From the NCBI GenBank assembly GCA_030149205.1, contig JASBSB010000001.1, forward strand, positions 180,001 to 212,000: a stretch of 32,000 nt of DNA, given 5' to 3'. Source of the stretch: Candidatus Heimdallarchaeota archaeon (GTDB taxonomy: Archaea > Asgardarchaeota > Heimdallarchaeia > Heimdallarchaeales > Kariarchaeaceae). Positions 17,369 to 26,660 of this stretch are shown in pieces. Both the position numbers and the translations under genes were made by a program. The first letter of the stretch is position 1; each line of letters opens with the position of its first letter. The notes under the pieces were generated by a model. It did no database searches, was not told the DNA's origin, and was given only the letters and a program-made list of their open reading frames with translations.

Positions 17369-19594
17369 ATGGTCAGAGACTTAATCGAAAGAGTGAAAAA
17401 TTTTTATTCCTCTGAGCACCCATTCTCCGAATTAACACTTTCTGAGTTTGATATTCAATTAAAGGCAGCCTTTGAAACCAGACAATACTTCTCTTTAGGA
17501 AAGAATTCTGTTGTGGTTCCGGGATGGATACTTGAGCAACTTGCCCCTGGTGGAAAGGCAAAGCATGGTTTAGCTGCACTGCCAATCATTTCAAACAATG
17601 AGTATAGAGATTACTATGCGGTGGGGTCTCCTGATTCTAGTATTGAACCTGTAATAGACCATAGAGGAGGTATAATCCCAAAACCTGACTCCTACACTCT
17701 CGTTGTAGGGACAATTGTAAATGATAAACCAATTTACTCCTCTGAAGCAGGTAAAATTGATATTCAGCTCCATGATGACGGATTCCCTATAGTCATGGTG
17801 AATTGGAAAGTTGACGGAGATGAATGCTCGTATGAATGTGTTGCAGACAGAGATGAAGAAGGAGTAGAGACTCTCGCTATCAATGTTGTTAGAGGTTTTG
17901 CTAATCACCAACTACTTCTGACACTCACACCACTTGATCAGGTGAAACTTACAAGGGTTGAGACCCTTGAATGGATGGATAAGTCCCAGACATTAATTGT
18001 CAATGGGAAAGCACAAATCAAAGTTTCAGAAAAGCCCCTCAACGCTGTTGCATTACCTATTGAAAGAGGTCATGCTGGAAGGTGGGTCAATAAGCTTGAA
18101 CCATCACACGTAGCGACTTGTAAATCTCAAGCTGCTTCGTGGGCCGTAAGGTTTCCTGTAAGAACCAGAGTTTCAATTCTTGTTAACTTGACTGAGGGAC
18201 AAGAATTTGAGATGGTTGACTCTGATGATGTAGAGGATAAATGGATAGAGGAGATTGAAAACTTTCCAATAATCCACACTGGAGACCCTTTAGTTGACAC
18301 TTTGTTTAAGAATAGTGCAATAACACTGAGATTACTCCTCGATAAAATCAATGATGAGATTACACTTGGTCCAAGTTTACAAGAAGAAATGTGGCCACAA
18401 TGTTTATACACTCAGATTAAGGCGATTCACAGATTAGGGGTAGAAGATTCAACAATTCAGAGCATAATAGATAATGCACTGAGCAGGGTAAATGACTCAG
18501 GAACTATCAACGATTTAAATGAATGGGATGCATTGGGATCATTGGTTCTAAGTGTTGCTATCTCCAATCAGTTCACAAATGACACGAATTGGTTAGGCGA
18601 AAAATTTTCAATCATCAAAAAAATAATAGAAAATTTTTCAAAGCTTCGGAAAAAAAACCAAACAGATGATCCAAGGAATGTCCTACTCCCAGCAGGAACT
18701 CAGGCATTTTATGACCCTATCTTTAAAATATCAGACCAGTTTTTCTACCATAACATGTGGGCATTAAAGGGAATTGAGATATTTAGACAGCTAGCTTTAA
18801 AATTAGGAAGAAAGAACGAAAGTGAGGCAAAGACTTCTGAAATACAAAAATATCGTGACGACCTTAACTCACTAATGATTCAATCTTCCTCAACAAATGG
18901 GTTTGTTACCCTTGGTCCAAAATTACAGGAAAATGCGAGCATGTTTTTTAATTTACACTCATTCTATCCACTTAGGTTACACACAAACAATTTTCAGCCT
19001 CTCATTAACACCCTGAATCAGATATCAAAAGAATATGTTGTAGATGGGGGGCTTTTAATGTATCAACCATGGAATGCCTACGGAACTTATCTAACTATGC
19101 AATACGCACAGATGTTAAGGTATGTTGAGAGAACAGAGAAAATAAAGAACTCCATTGATTTCTTAATAAAGAATCCAACAAACAAACAGGGTTGGGGAGA
19201 AGGAATAAGTCCAAACAGGAACAGTGCATCTGTAGGAGATTCTCCCAATGGATATGCAGCCGCAGAATTCATTAACCTAATCGTTGACCTCTTTGTTGAT
19301 GAACCACTGTTTGAGGATATCACCTTGTTAAAAGGTATTCCCTTAGATTGGTTGAAGAATGGAGTCGAAGCCCAAAACCTCCATCTTTCAGATGGAGATC
19401 ACATTTCATTGAAAGCATCTCTCACAGCTAATATATTTGAGCTTGAATATGACTATTCTGGAAACAAACCACTTTTCCTCTACCTCCCCTTAAAACCTGA
19501 AAGAATAGATAAAACATTAACCCAAACCTCTCCAGATCATTATAAATTACCATCGAACAAAGGTTCAGTAAAAATACCAGTTATTCTAAACTAA
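17369..19594 (+). CDS. Six-hairpin glycosidase superfamily protein, no signal peptide
   Basis: Beta-rich N-terminal half, helical C-terminal half with WDALGSL, YHNMWALKG and WGEG...GDSPNGYAAAEF, then an LLKGIPLDW beta domain. Family and substrate not assignable. Confidence 0.6.
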   Translation: MVRDLIERVKNFYSSEHPFSELTLSEFDIQLKAAFETRQYFSLGKNSVVVPGWILEQLAPGGKAKHGLAALPIISNNEYRDYYAVGSPDSSIEPVIDHRGGIIPKPDSYTLVVGTIVNDKPIYSSEAGKIDIQLHDDGFPIVMVNWKVDGDECSYECVADRDEEGVETLAINVVRGFANHQLLLTLTPLDQVKLTRVETLEWMDKSQTLIVNGKAQIKVSEKPLNAVALPIERGHAGRWVNKLEPSHVATCKSQAASWAVRFPVRTRVSILVNLTEGQEFEMVDSDDVEDKWIEEIENFPIIHTGDPLVDTLFKNSAITLRLLLDKINDEITLGPSLQEEMWPQCLYTQIKAIHRLGVEDSTIQSIIDNALSRVNDSGTINDLNEWDALGSLVLSVAISNQFTNDTNWLGEKFSIIKKIIENFSKLRKKNQTDDPRNVLLPAGTQAFYDPIFKISDQFFYHNMWALKGIEIFRQLALKLGRKNESEAKTSEIQKYRDDLNSLMIQSSSTNGFVTLGPKLQENASMFFNLHSFYPLRLHTNNFQPLINTLNQISKEYVVDGGLLMYQPWNAYGTYLTMQYAQMLRYVERTEKIKNSIDFLIKNPTNKQGWGEGISPNRNSASVGDSPNGYAAAEFINLIVDLFVDEPLFEDITLLKGIPLDWLKNGVEAQNLHLSDGDHISLKASLTANIFELEYDYSGNKPLFLYLPLKPERIDKTLTQTSPDHYKLPSNKGSVKIPVILN

Positions 19595-22046
19595 AAGATT
19601 GTATCAACCTTAACCTTACGAGTATCTGTTTGGGGTCTGTCCAAAGATGAGAACTTACTTGATAAGAATATATTTCTGACAATTTGTGTCCATTATTACT
19701 TAAATTTTGATACAGAACAACCTTAGGGATTGAGAAATTTACAAGGAAAAACATAGAGTGATTAAATCTAGTAGAAGACACTATTATAAGTATCCCAAAT
19801 GTGCTTTTATTTCCAACTAAAATAGGTAAATCTAATAAATTACCCTTGCCTACTCTAAATATTGGATTTGGGATATTGATTGTGATGTTTTTGAATAATG
19901 TGAAATTTCTATCCACAAAAGAAACATTGACAGAACTAATTGTGGTGGAGATGAGTCCTCGAATTCTTACTGAAGATGCTGTTAAATTGACATTTTGAAT
20001 TACCAAAACAGTGGAATCACGTGTGATAGTTTGTATATTATTTAAAAAGTCTGACTCTTTGTTTGTTTTCTCAAAAACCAAATACCAGAGTTTTGACACA
20101 TTTGTGGGCCAACTGACGTTTGAATACATCCAATCACCTTTTGCAATCATTGGATAAACTGACCAATTTCGACCATAGTTTGAAGAGACTACTAGGTCAG
20201 CTGCAAATTTTAAACCACCAGTTAATATACCAATTGAAAAGTTATGATCATTGTTTGATAGAATCTCAGGGTTGAACTGTGGAGGTATTCTATCTTCTAG
20301 TTTAGAAGCTGGATTAACCAAAACTGAATATTGAACAAAATTTGACCTTGCATCAGCCCCTATAAAGCTTATTTGAAATTGACCTGAATAGCTTGATAAA
20401 TTCAATAATACCTCTATTGGACGACTTAAATTTTGATTAACGTAGGAATAACCTTTGTAAGGATTTCCAATCCTAAAGGAAGTTTTCCACCTAAGGTACA
20501 AAGCACTAGTATCGACCATTGTCACATTTAGTAATTTCTTCGTATCAACAACGGGATTTTTATTTATGTCGACCCCATTTAATAAGAGAGCAGGTTTGTC
20601 TGACTCAACTCGAAATGTAACTGCACGTAAAATAACTTTACTTGAGTTATAAAAATGGACCTCGAGTTTATATGTTCCATCAGAGAGGTGTAACTCTGCG
20701 GAAGTTGAAATGTTTATAAATTTGCCATTAAGAGTAACGGAGTAATTTAATCCAGCTGTAAATTGAACTGGCACATTGTTTGACATTACACCTCCGTTAT
20801 AAGGATATCTTATCCAGGGATCATTTAGTCTCCGACCCTGATGCAAGATGAGTAACCGAACTAACTCGAAAATGTCATTCTTTGCCATTACATCACTGGA
20901 AAATATACCAAGACAAGCAATACTTCCGCCATATGGACCATAAGGTAATTTTTCATACACCTTAATTCCTCTATACTTTTGACTAAAGGATGTTTTCCAG
21001 GTAGCAATCGTGTGAATGTTAGGTGTGATAACGGAATTTTCCTCATGAGATGTATAATAAGCGCTACCAATTTTTTTGATTCCTTTCTTCAAAAACTCCA
21101 TTGTCACAGGATGTGGGTTCGAATCATTATTTAATACCGCTCCATAGATTGGTCCTCTTCGAAAGGTATCATAAAAGCTACCAAACCAGTTCAAATGTTC
21201 AGAAGTTGACCGTTGATTGAAAAAACGCCCTTGATAATTATCGGTTCTTTTTGCTGAATGTCCATTGAATTGCCATCCATGACCTGAAATTAAAATAACC
21301 TCATTGGTTGTTGGATTGTAATCCACCTCCGCAAAAAAGGCGTTTCCATCAACAACTAAAATATTCCCACCCGATTTTACGAATTTCATAATATTTTGAT
21401 ACTCGTCTAATGTGATGTACTCATTATGAAAAAATATCATAGTTGAATAAATGGGTTGACCATCTTTGTCAAATATTTGTCCAAAATGAACTTGTTGATC
21501 ATTAATTAGAAAGATTGACCCTGTTGAATTAGGAATCCCTTTTAGAAGAGAATTTAATGTATTTGCTTTATATGAAGATGTTCCTGCCTTTGACTTCAAA
21601 TACTTTATTGGATCTAATTTTGGATTACCAAAGAAGGTGTAAAATTTGTTGTAAGCAGCATCTGTAAATGTTGGTTGAACAAGTGCGACTCTAGGAAACC
21701 GCGAGTTATGAATTGTTGAGTAGTAATTTAATGGAAGGATCCTTTCTGCTTTGAGTTGAGGAGATGGAATTTTAGGAATTTTGGTTTCGTTTGGAGGTGG
21801 AGTGTAAGGTGGATTTCTTGGACTTCTAGGAAATTTGGGTCTAGTATCATTCTTTGGAGGATATAAAACATCATCTCCATTATTTTTAGAATTGTTTGTT
21901 CTTGGATATGTATTAATTGGAGTTGGAGATTGTTTACCAGGTAATTTGGGTTCGTTATCTGTATAGTTTATCTGAACCAAGAAGCTGAATGCTAGGATTA
22001 CAATAAGCAATCCAACAAAAGCTTTTGAATCAGTTTTAGTCATCAT
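19581..22046 (-). CDS. Exported protein with an N,N-dimethylformamidase beta-subunit-like domain and C-terminal beta-rich domains
   Basis: N-terminal hydrophobic segment, Pro-rich linker, VALVQPTFTDAAYN and HNEYIT...GGNILVVDGNAFFAEV motifs; more than 20 N-x-S/T sequons. Confidence 0.65.
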   Translation of the reverse strand: MMTKTDSKAFVGLLIVILAFSFLVQINYTDNEPKLPGKQSPTPINTYPRTNNSKNNGDDVLYPPKNDTRPKFPRSPRNPPYTPPPNETKIPKIPSPQLKAERILPLNYYSTIHNSRFPRVALVQPTFTDAAYNKFYTFFGNPKLDPIKYLKSKAGTSSYKANTLNSLLKGIPNSTGSIFLINDQQVHFGQIFDKDGQPIYSTMIFFHNEYITLDEYQNIMKFVKSGGNILVVDGNAFFAEVDYNPTTNEVILISGHGWQFNGHSAKRTDNYQGRFFNQRSTSEHLNWFGSFYDTFRRGPIYGAVLNNDSNPHPVTMEFLKKGIKKIGSAYYTSHEENSVITPNIHTIATWKTSFSQKYRGIKVYEKLPYGPYGGSIACLGIFSSDVMAKNDIFELVRLLILHQGRRLNDPWIRYPYNGGVMSNNVPVQFTAGLNYSVTLNGKFINISTSAELHLSDGTYKLEVHFYNSSKVILRAVTFRVESDKPALLLNGVDINKNPVVDTKKLLNVTMVDTSALYLRWKTSFRIGNPYKGYSYVNQNLSRPIEVLLNLSSYSGQFQISFIGADARSNFVQYSVLVNPASKLEDRIPPQFNPEILSNNDHNFSIGILTGGLKFAADLVVSSNYGRNWSVYPMIAKGDWMYSNVSWPTNVSKLWYLVFEKTNKESDFLNNIQTITRDSTVLVIQNVNLTASSVRIRGLISTTISSVNVSFVDRNFTLFKNITINIPNPIFRVGKGNLLDLPILVGNKSTFGILIIVSSTRFNHSMFFLVNFSIPKVVLYQNLSNNGHKLSEIYSYQVSSHLWTDPKQILVRLRLIQSFSLE

Positions 22047-22166
22047 GTTTTTTTTGACACACCTCTATTTTAACCTATCTCATTTTTATTATAATAACCG
22101 AAAAAAACTCATTTTTGAATCTCTCTAGAAATTTGTGCGGATGATTTCAATTCTAATTTTGCTAAA

Positions 22167-22433
22167 TCATCGATGAGGAGATTAGATACTATATCGATAA
22201 ATTCATCAAACAGTATTAAATAATCCCCAATAATTACAGCTATAGCCGATAATAGGGCCCTTACATCATAAAATATTATAATTCATCGCTACACATCGGT
22301 GACTCACCATCAGAATCAAATATGATTCGATAGAGAGCATCACAAATCATCGATGTTACAACATCACTTCATCGCAATTTAATTGATGAACCATCGACAA
22401 CTATATCGATGAAATAATCATACATAATTTGAT
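22167..22433. repeat. Intergenic cluster of ATCGAT-type palindromes
   Basis: Perfect ATCGAT at 22169, 22193, 22349 and 22405; variants at 22285, 22295, 22326, 22371, 22382 and 22393. Confidence 0.6.
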
Positions 22434-22527
22434 AAGGTATTGAAATGTAAATGATATGAATAAAAACAGAAAGACGTAGAGGTTTAGAATCTCATGGATC
22501 CTGGTAGAAAATCTATGTGTAACTATT

Positions 22528-23208
22528 TCAACTATTCTGGGTTAAATTCAAATTATTTCTTTCCCTATGTTCTGAAGAAGTAAATACCTTTTTCTTTCTG
22601 AACAAGGCTCTAGGACGACTCAAAGTATAAAGGGTCCGCCATAATACGCCAACTGGGGTAATTAGTAGAGACTCGATGAAGAGCCATTTGAATATTTTAA
22701 ATTTTGTTGCCGCGAAGGTTTGTGGACAATATTTATTATACATTGACCTAATCCTCTCATCAATCAAATAATCAATATCATAAATTTCCAATTGTGTAAC
22801 CACATATTCATGTGCCGAATAACTATTCGTGAAAAGATGTTTTTTAATGCTCTTTATCCTCTTATGTTCGAACTCTGCAGTAATCTTACCGTTGTGGTAA
22901 ACTCGAATATGAATCTCTATTGGTATTTCTTGAAAGTGTGAAAATTTTACACCTCCAAATATTTGACCAACCCTCCGGATCTGAAATGGGGTATAGACAA
23001 ACCCTAATTCTTTGAAGAGATCAACACAGTCCCAAGCGGAGTTCGGATGTACATAAACCTTTACGTGCTCTGGGAAGTTTTTGGGTATCTCTTCCATAGC
23101 ATACTGTATCAATTGTTCTTTATAAGGACATTGATTGGCATTGATTAATCGAACCAAGGAAGAACCAAAATCAATCAGATGTTGATTTCTTTGGTTAGAG
23201 ACCCTCAT
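22528..23208 (-). CDS. Hypothetical protein (226 aa) with a hydrophobic/amphipathic C-terminal segment
   Basis: ATG start, long ORF filling the intergenic space; no family recognised. Confidence 0.65.
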   Translation of the reverse strand: MRVSNQRNQHLIDFGSSLVRLINANQCPYKEQLIQYAMEEIPKNFPEHVKVYVHPNSAWDCVDLFKELGFVYTPFQIRRVGQIFGGVKFSHFQEIPIEIHIRVYHNGKITAEFEHKRIKSIKKHLFTNSYSAHEYVVTQLEIYDIDYLIDERIRSMYNKYCPQTFAATKFKIFKWLFIESLLITPVGVLWRTLYTLSRPRALFRKKKVFTSSEHRERNNLNLTQNS

Positions 23209-23548
23209 GTATGAATTTATGATGAATTATTTCAAATCTAAGGTAAATAATCATAAGGCTTTTTAAGAGATAATTTAGCATATTTTAGGTTTGTTTCGTT
23301 CGAACTGTCCTAAAATATGTGTGTTGGGTCGGAAGAATACAATTTGAAATCTTTTTATATAATTTAAAATTCAGTAGACAGTTAATAACATGCTGATTTT
23401 TTTAATAAAATTCAGTTTCTTTATGCTATTTTAATAATTTTTCCGCAATATCTCAGGTTATTAAATAAGACATCACATATATTAACTATTTACTGAAAGG
23501 TTTAAATAGCCTTCCGACCAAGTAAGAATAGCATTTAGAGGGTTAGAA

Positions 23549-23845
23549 GTGACAGAATTAAGATTAACACAGGAAGACAGAAGTAAAATAATTACTATAT
23601 CAAAAGCAATGGCATCAGAAACCAGGTTTTCAATTTTACAACTATTATCTGAAGATGAATATGATATTAGTAAGCTTGCCCGTACTTTGGATCAGACAGA
23701 GGCAAATATTAGTGCACAAGTTAAGCATTTGGAGAAAGCCAAACTTGTCGAGTGTCGTTATGAACCAGGGAATCACGGTGTAAGAAAGATTTGTAAGACA
23801 ATTATTCACTCCTTAAACATTGAGATAATTAAAGAAGATTCGTAA
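23549..23845 (+). CDS. ArsR/SmtB-type HTH transcriptional regulator
   Basis: KAMASETRFSILQLL, DISKLARTLDQTEANISAQVKHLEKAKLV and wing GVRKIC; GAGGG upstream of the GTG start. Confidence 0.85.
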   Translation: MTELRLTQEDRSKIITISKAMASETRFSILQLLSEDEYDISKLARTLDQTEANISAQVKHLEKAKLVECRYEPGNHGVRKICKTIIHSLNIEIIKEDS

Positions 23846-23946
23846 TTTTAGCAGATTTATTCATAAAAACTTGGCATTTTTTCTTTGAATTCACTAGTCT
23901 TTTTAATTATGGAAACTAGTATAAGTTAGCTAAAACTGGTGAAACT

Positions 23947-24186
23947 ATGGCAGAAGCATACATTTTAATCAACACCAATGTTGGTGCAGAACTAGACCTT
24001 CTTCCCAAGATACGATCCTTGAAGGGAGTTGTCCTGGCAGACATTGTCTATGGAACTTTTGATCTGATTGTGAAGGTAAAGGCCACAAGTCAACAAGAAC
24101 TCAACCAGACTGTTCTTAAGCAGTTTCGTACTTTAGATGGTATTAGAACTACTATGACACTTATGGCACTAAGTGAAGACGATTAA
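23947..24186 (+). CDS. Stand-alone Lrp/AsnC ligand-binding domain protein
   Basis: AYILIN...VYGTFDLIVKV...GIRTTMTL pattern; 79 aa; no HTH. Confidence 0.9.
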   Translation: MAEAYILINTNVGAELDLLPKIRSLKGVVLADIVYGTFDLIVKVKATSQQELNQTVLKQFRTLDGIRTTMTLMALSEDD

Positions 24187-25098
24187 TTAATCTTGAGACC
24201 TTAATTTATTTTCAAAGTTAATTTCTACCGCATTGGCAATTAGAATTAAGATCATTCCTCCTATTACCACGATTGTTGGTAGAACCATTCGTATAATATC
24301 TATTAGCAGGGCAAATATTGGTTCCAATGCGAAAATTATTGCAATTGTGGGTGGGGTGACACCAACCTTCTGAGCAAAAGTTTGACTGACAAATGCGAAG
24401 GCACTTGCAAAAAAAGCGGTTACAAGTAGGGTGATCCAGACGATCATAGGTTCATTAGCTGTACCTGGTATCCAATATGTAGAATTTATAAGAGAAAGAA
24501 CACCAGATTCGAGTGAAACCACGTAGAGCTGAAGTGTTACAAGGGTGTACACAGGTAGATTAGCATATCTGTCTGTGAACAGAACGTGATATGCCACAGC
24601 GAAGGCTGTTACCACAATTAGCATATCCCCAATTTGTGGCATTAGGCTGTTAAAATCAAGTGTCATCAACGCAAGCCCTGTCAGTGAAATGACGGTTGTC
24701 CCAATCTGTGTTTTTGAAATTTTCTTTTTGAATGGGGGGGTGATTGCTACAATCGGCACGAGTACCACATTTATCCCAGTTATGAACGCTGCTTTAGCTG
24801 GTGTTGTCAGAGTTAATCCAATAGTTTGAAAGATGAATGATATGTACAGTAGGGTCCCCAGCAGGATTGCAGGAAGTAGTACACCTCTGATTGAAGTATG
24901 CTTTAATTCTCTCAAAGCCAATGGTGTGAGTATTACTGCTGCAATCAGAAACCTTACTGTTAAGAATCCATCGATCGGGATATATGTTACAGTCTCCTTT
25001 ACCAGAAAGAATGTACTTCCCCAGAAGAATGTTGTGAGTATCAACATTAAGAGGCTGGTCTGGTATGTTCTCACGAATAGCTCTACTTCTATGATCAC
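24187..25098 (-). CDS. DMT/EamA family transporter
   Basis: FWGSTF, FQTIGLTLTTPAKAAFITG, GDML, QTFAQK and AIIFALEPIFA motifs; about 10 TM segments. Confidence 0.92.
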   Translation of the reverse strand: MIIEVELFVRTYQTSLLMLILTTFFWGSTFFLVKETVTYIPIDGFLTVRFLIAAVILTPLALRELKHTSIRGVLLPAILLGTLLYISFIFQTIGLTLTTPAKAAFITGINVVLVPIVAITPPFKKKISKTQIGTTVISLTGLALMTLDFNSLMPQIGDMLIVVTAFAVAYHVLFTDRYANLPVYTLVTLQLYVVSLESGVLSLINSTYWIPGTANEPMIVWITLLVTAFFASAFAFVSQTFAQKVGVTPPTIAIIFALEPIFALLIDIIRMVLPTIVVIGGMILILIANAVEINFENKLRSQD

Positions 25099-25114
25099 TT
25101 AATGGTTTTGTTGT

Positions 25115-25301
25115 ATCCTGTGCAGTGCCGTTTGCAATTGAGCAGTGCATCACCATCCTGCGCAGTGCGCATGTCTGCTGAGCAGTGCACGCATGACCCT
25201 GCGCAGTGCCTAGAACTGCACATGCGCAATAAGATGCGCAGTGCACAAGGCAGACAAAGAAAGGATGTTGCAGTGCACAAGGCATTTACACTGATCCTGT
25301 G
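25115..25301 (+). repeat. Phased direct-repeat array of seven TGNGCAGTGC-type boxes with unconserved spacers
   Basis: GCAGTGC at 25122, 25142, 25162, 25182, 25203, 25238 and 25270; about 55% GC by hand count (25115-25284) in an AT-rich context. Confidence 0.9.
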
Positions 25302-25599
25302 GTTACCAAATCATAGATTCTTCAAGGGTATAACTGATCTTTCTTACATGAACAATGCAGAGATTAGAAGATTGGGTTAAAAAATTGAAGAGGGATCATT
25401 TAATTATGCATCTAGATTAGCATATGACTTCGACCTACTTTTTTACCAATGACGCAGATTTCAGAGTATGTAATTGTTTGTCCTGAAAAACAATCTTAGC
25501 ACTTCTAACTATTAAATACTTAATTTAAAAATTGCTACTTTATAATTAGTTGTTAGCGTTTACTATATCTTTTATAATAAATTAGGACATATTATTAAT

Positions 25600-26517
25600 G
25601 TGTCATTAGATTCATCTCTGCTTAAAGATTTAGACAATTCAGGTCTTCCAGCTAAGATTTTAGATAGTCTCCCTTATGCAATAAGCATTCAAAAGAACTC
25701 AAGAGAGGTGATTTATGAAAATAAGAAAATGGTAGAGATTTTTGACTCTCGCATAGGAAACTCGTGTTACACTCGCTGGTCTTATCTGGATGATTATACA
25801 AACGCTATTTGTGTTGATTGTCCTTCAAAATTCTCCATCCATGATGGAAAGGAACACTTCATTATTCGGAAGACAGAAAACAAGGATGGTGAGGAGATGG
25901 TGCTTGAGATTAGGCACGTTCCCATTTTTGAATCAGATGGTAGTATTCACGGATTTATTGAGATTATGCAAAATGTTACACCTCAAAAGAAGGTTCGATA
26001 TCTACAACTGTTGGACAGAGAGGGACTCAAGTCCAAAGTATTTGTAGCTTTAACACAGTTCAATGGATTACCAACAAACATGGTTATTCAAAAGGAACCA
26101 GTACCTTTCATCTCCTCTTCCTCAGATTCAGAGATTGAATTTTATGGAAAAAGTTCTATATTTTGGACTGCTGCGATTGGGCAAGGATCGTATTGGAAAT
26201 CTGGATTTTTTGGACCACTTCCGCTCCTAGACATCGAGGATTATCAAACATACGCTTTCAGCTTTAGGCTTAAATCGGAGCAGGAGATTGATGATCGATT
26301 AGAAGGTGAATCATTGCTGCTTCTTCAATTTTTTGTTCCTTTTGAAGCAACAATTTTGTTAACAAACCAGCCTGAGATCAAAGAATTCATCAGTGAGTGG
26401 GTATCACAATATACCAGTGTTGAGGATATACGAGAGAGGTTTAACATTTTGGAATTCAAAGAGAGATTTTTTGAAAAATTAAAAAGAGTTAATATTGAGG
26501 TTCAATCTTTTATTTAA
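25600..26517 (+). CDS. PAS-domain protein (Cys-motif variant) fused to an unassigned C-terminal domain
   Basis: ILDSLPYAISI...VIYENKKM...IGNSCY...CVDCP...EIRHVPIFESDGSIHGFIEIMQNVT is a PAS pattern; no kinase or HTH output domain. Confidence 0.75.
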   Translation: MSLDSSLLKDLDNSGLPAKILDSLPYAISIQKNSREVIYENKKMVEIFDSRIGNSCYTRWSYLDDYTNAICVDCPSKFSIHDGKEHFIIRKTENKDGEEMVLEIRHVPIFESDGSIHGFIEIMQNVTPQKKVRYLQLLDREGLKSKVFVALTQFNGLPTNMVIQKEPVPFISSSSDSEIEFYGKSSIFWTAAIGQGSYWKSGFFGPLPLLDIEDYQTYAFSFRLKSEQEIDDRLEGESLLLLQFFVPFEATILLTNQPEIKEFISEWVSQYTSVEDIRERFNILEFKERFFEKLKRVNIEVQSFI

Positions 26518-26660
26518 CAACAGGGTTCAACTAATTCAAACCAAAATTGGACTAAATCAATTGAAACTAATTTCTTTATAGTTAACTGCAATTTCACAAT
26601 CCAAGAAGATAGGAGATTAAAATCCTATTAACCTAAAAATGTCTTAGGTAATACAGTTAA

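Noticed and set aside
22109-22435. Minus-strand protein-like frames (57 codons at 22109-22282 with FDEFIDIV; another with YDYFIDIV interrupted by TGA)
   Set aside because: The first frame has no canonical start, the second has an internal stop, and a frameshift separates them. Not called as CDS or Sec readthrough; kept only as an alternative explanation of the ATCGAT cluster.
24181-24192. Palindrome GATTAATTAATC
   Set aside because: Formed by two abutting convergent TAA stop codons.
25159-25171. Resemblance of TGCGCAGTGCGCA to eukaryotic NRF1/MRE sites
   Set aside because: The match is imperfect and no such factor is evident, so there is no basis beyond similarity of short GC-rich words.
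25115-25301. CRISPR interpretation of the repeat-spacer array
   Set aside because: Boxes are only 10-15 bp with spacers mostly about 5-10 bp, far below CRISPR sizes, and there are no cas genes in the window.
24794-25380. Three Cys/Ala-rich ORFs over the GCAGTGC array (24794-25285, 25095-25280, 25102-25380), tempting as metallothionein-like peptides
   Set aside because: The Cys codons arise from the TGC/TGT content of a 20-bp-period DNA motif that shifts frame each copy. There is no consistent peptide repeat, and one ORF overlaps the EamA gene out of frame.
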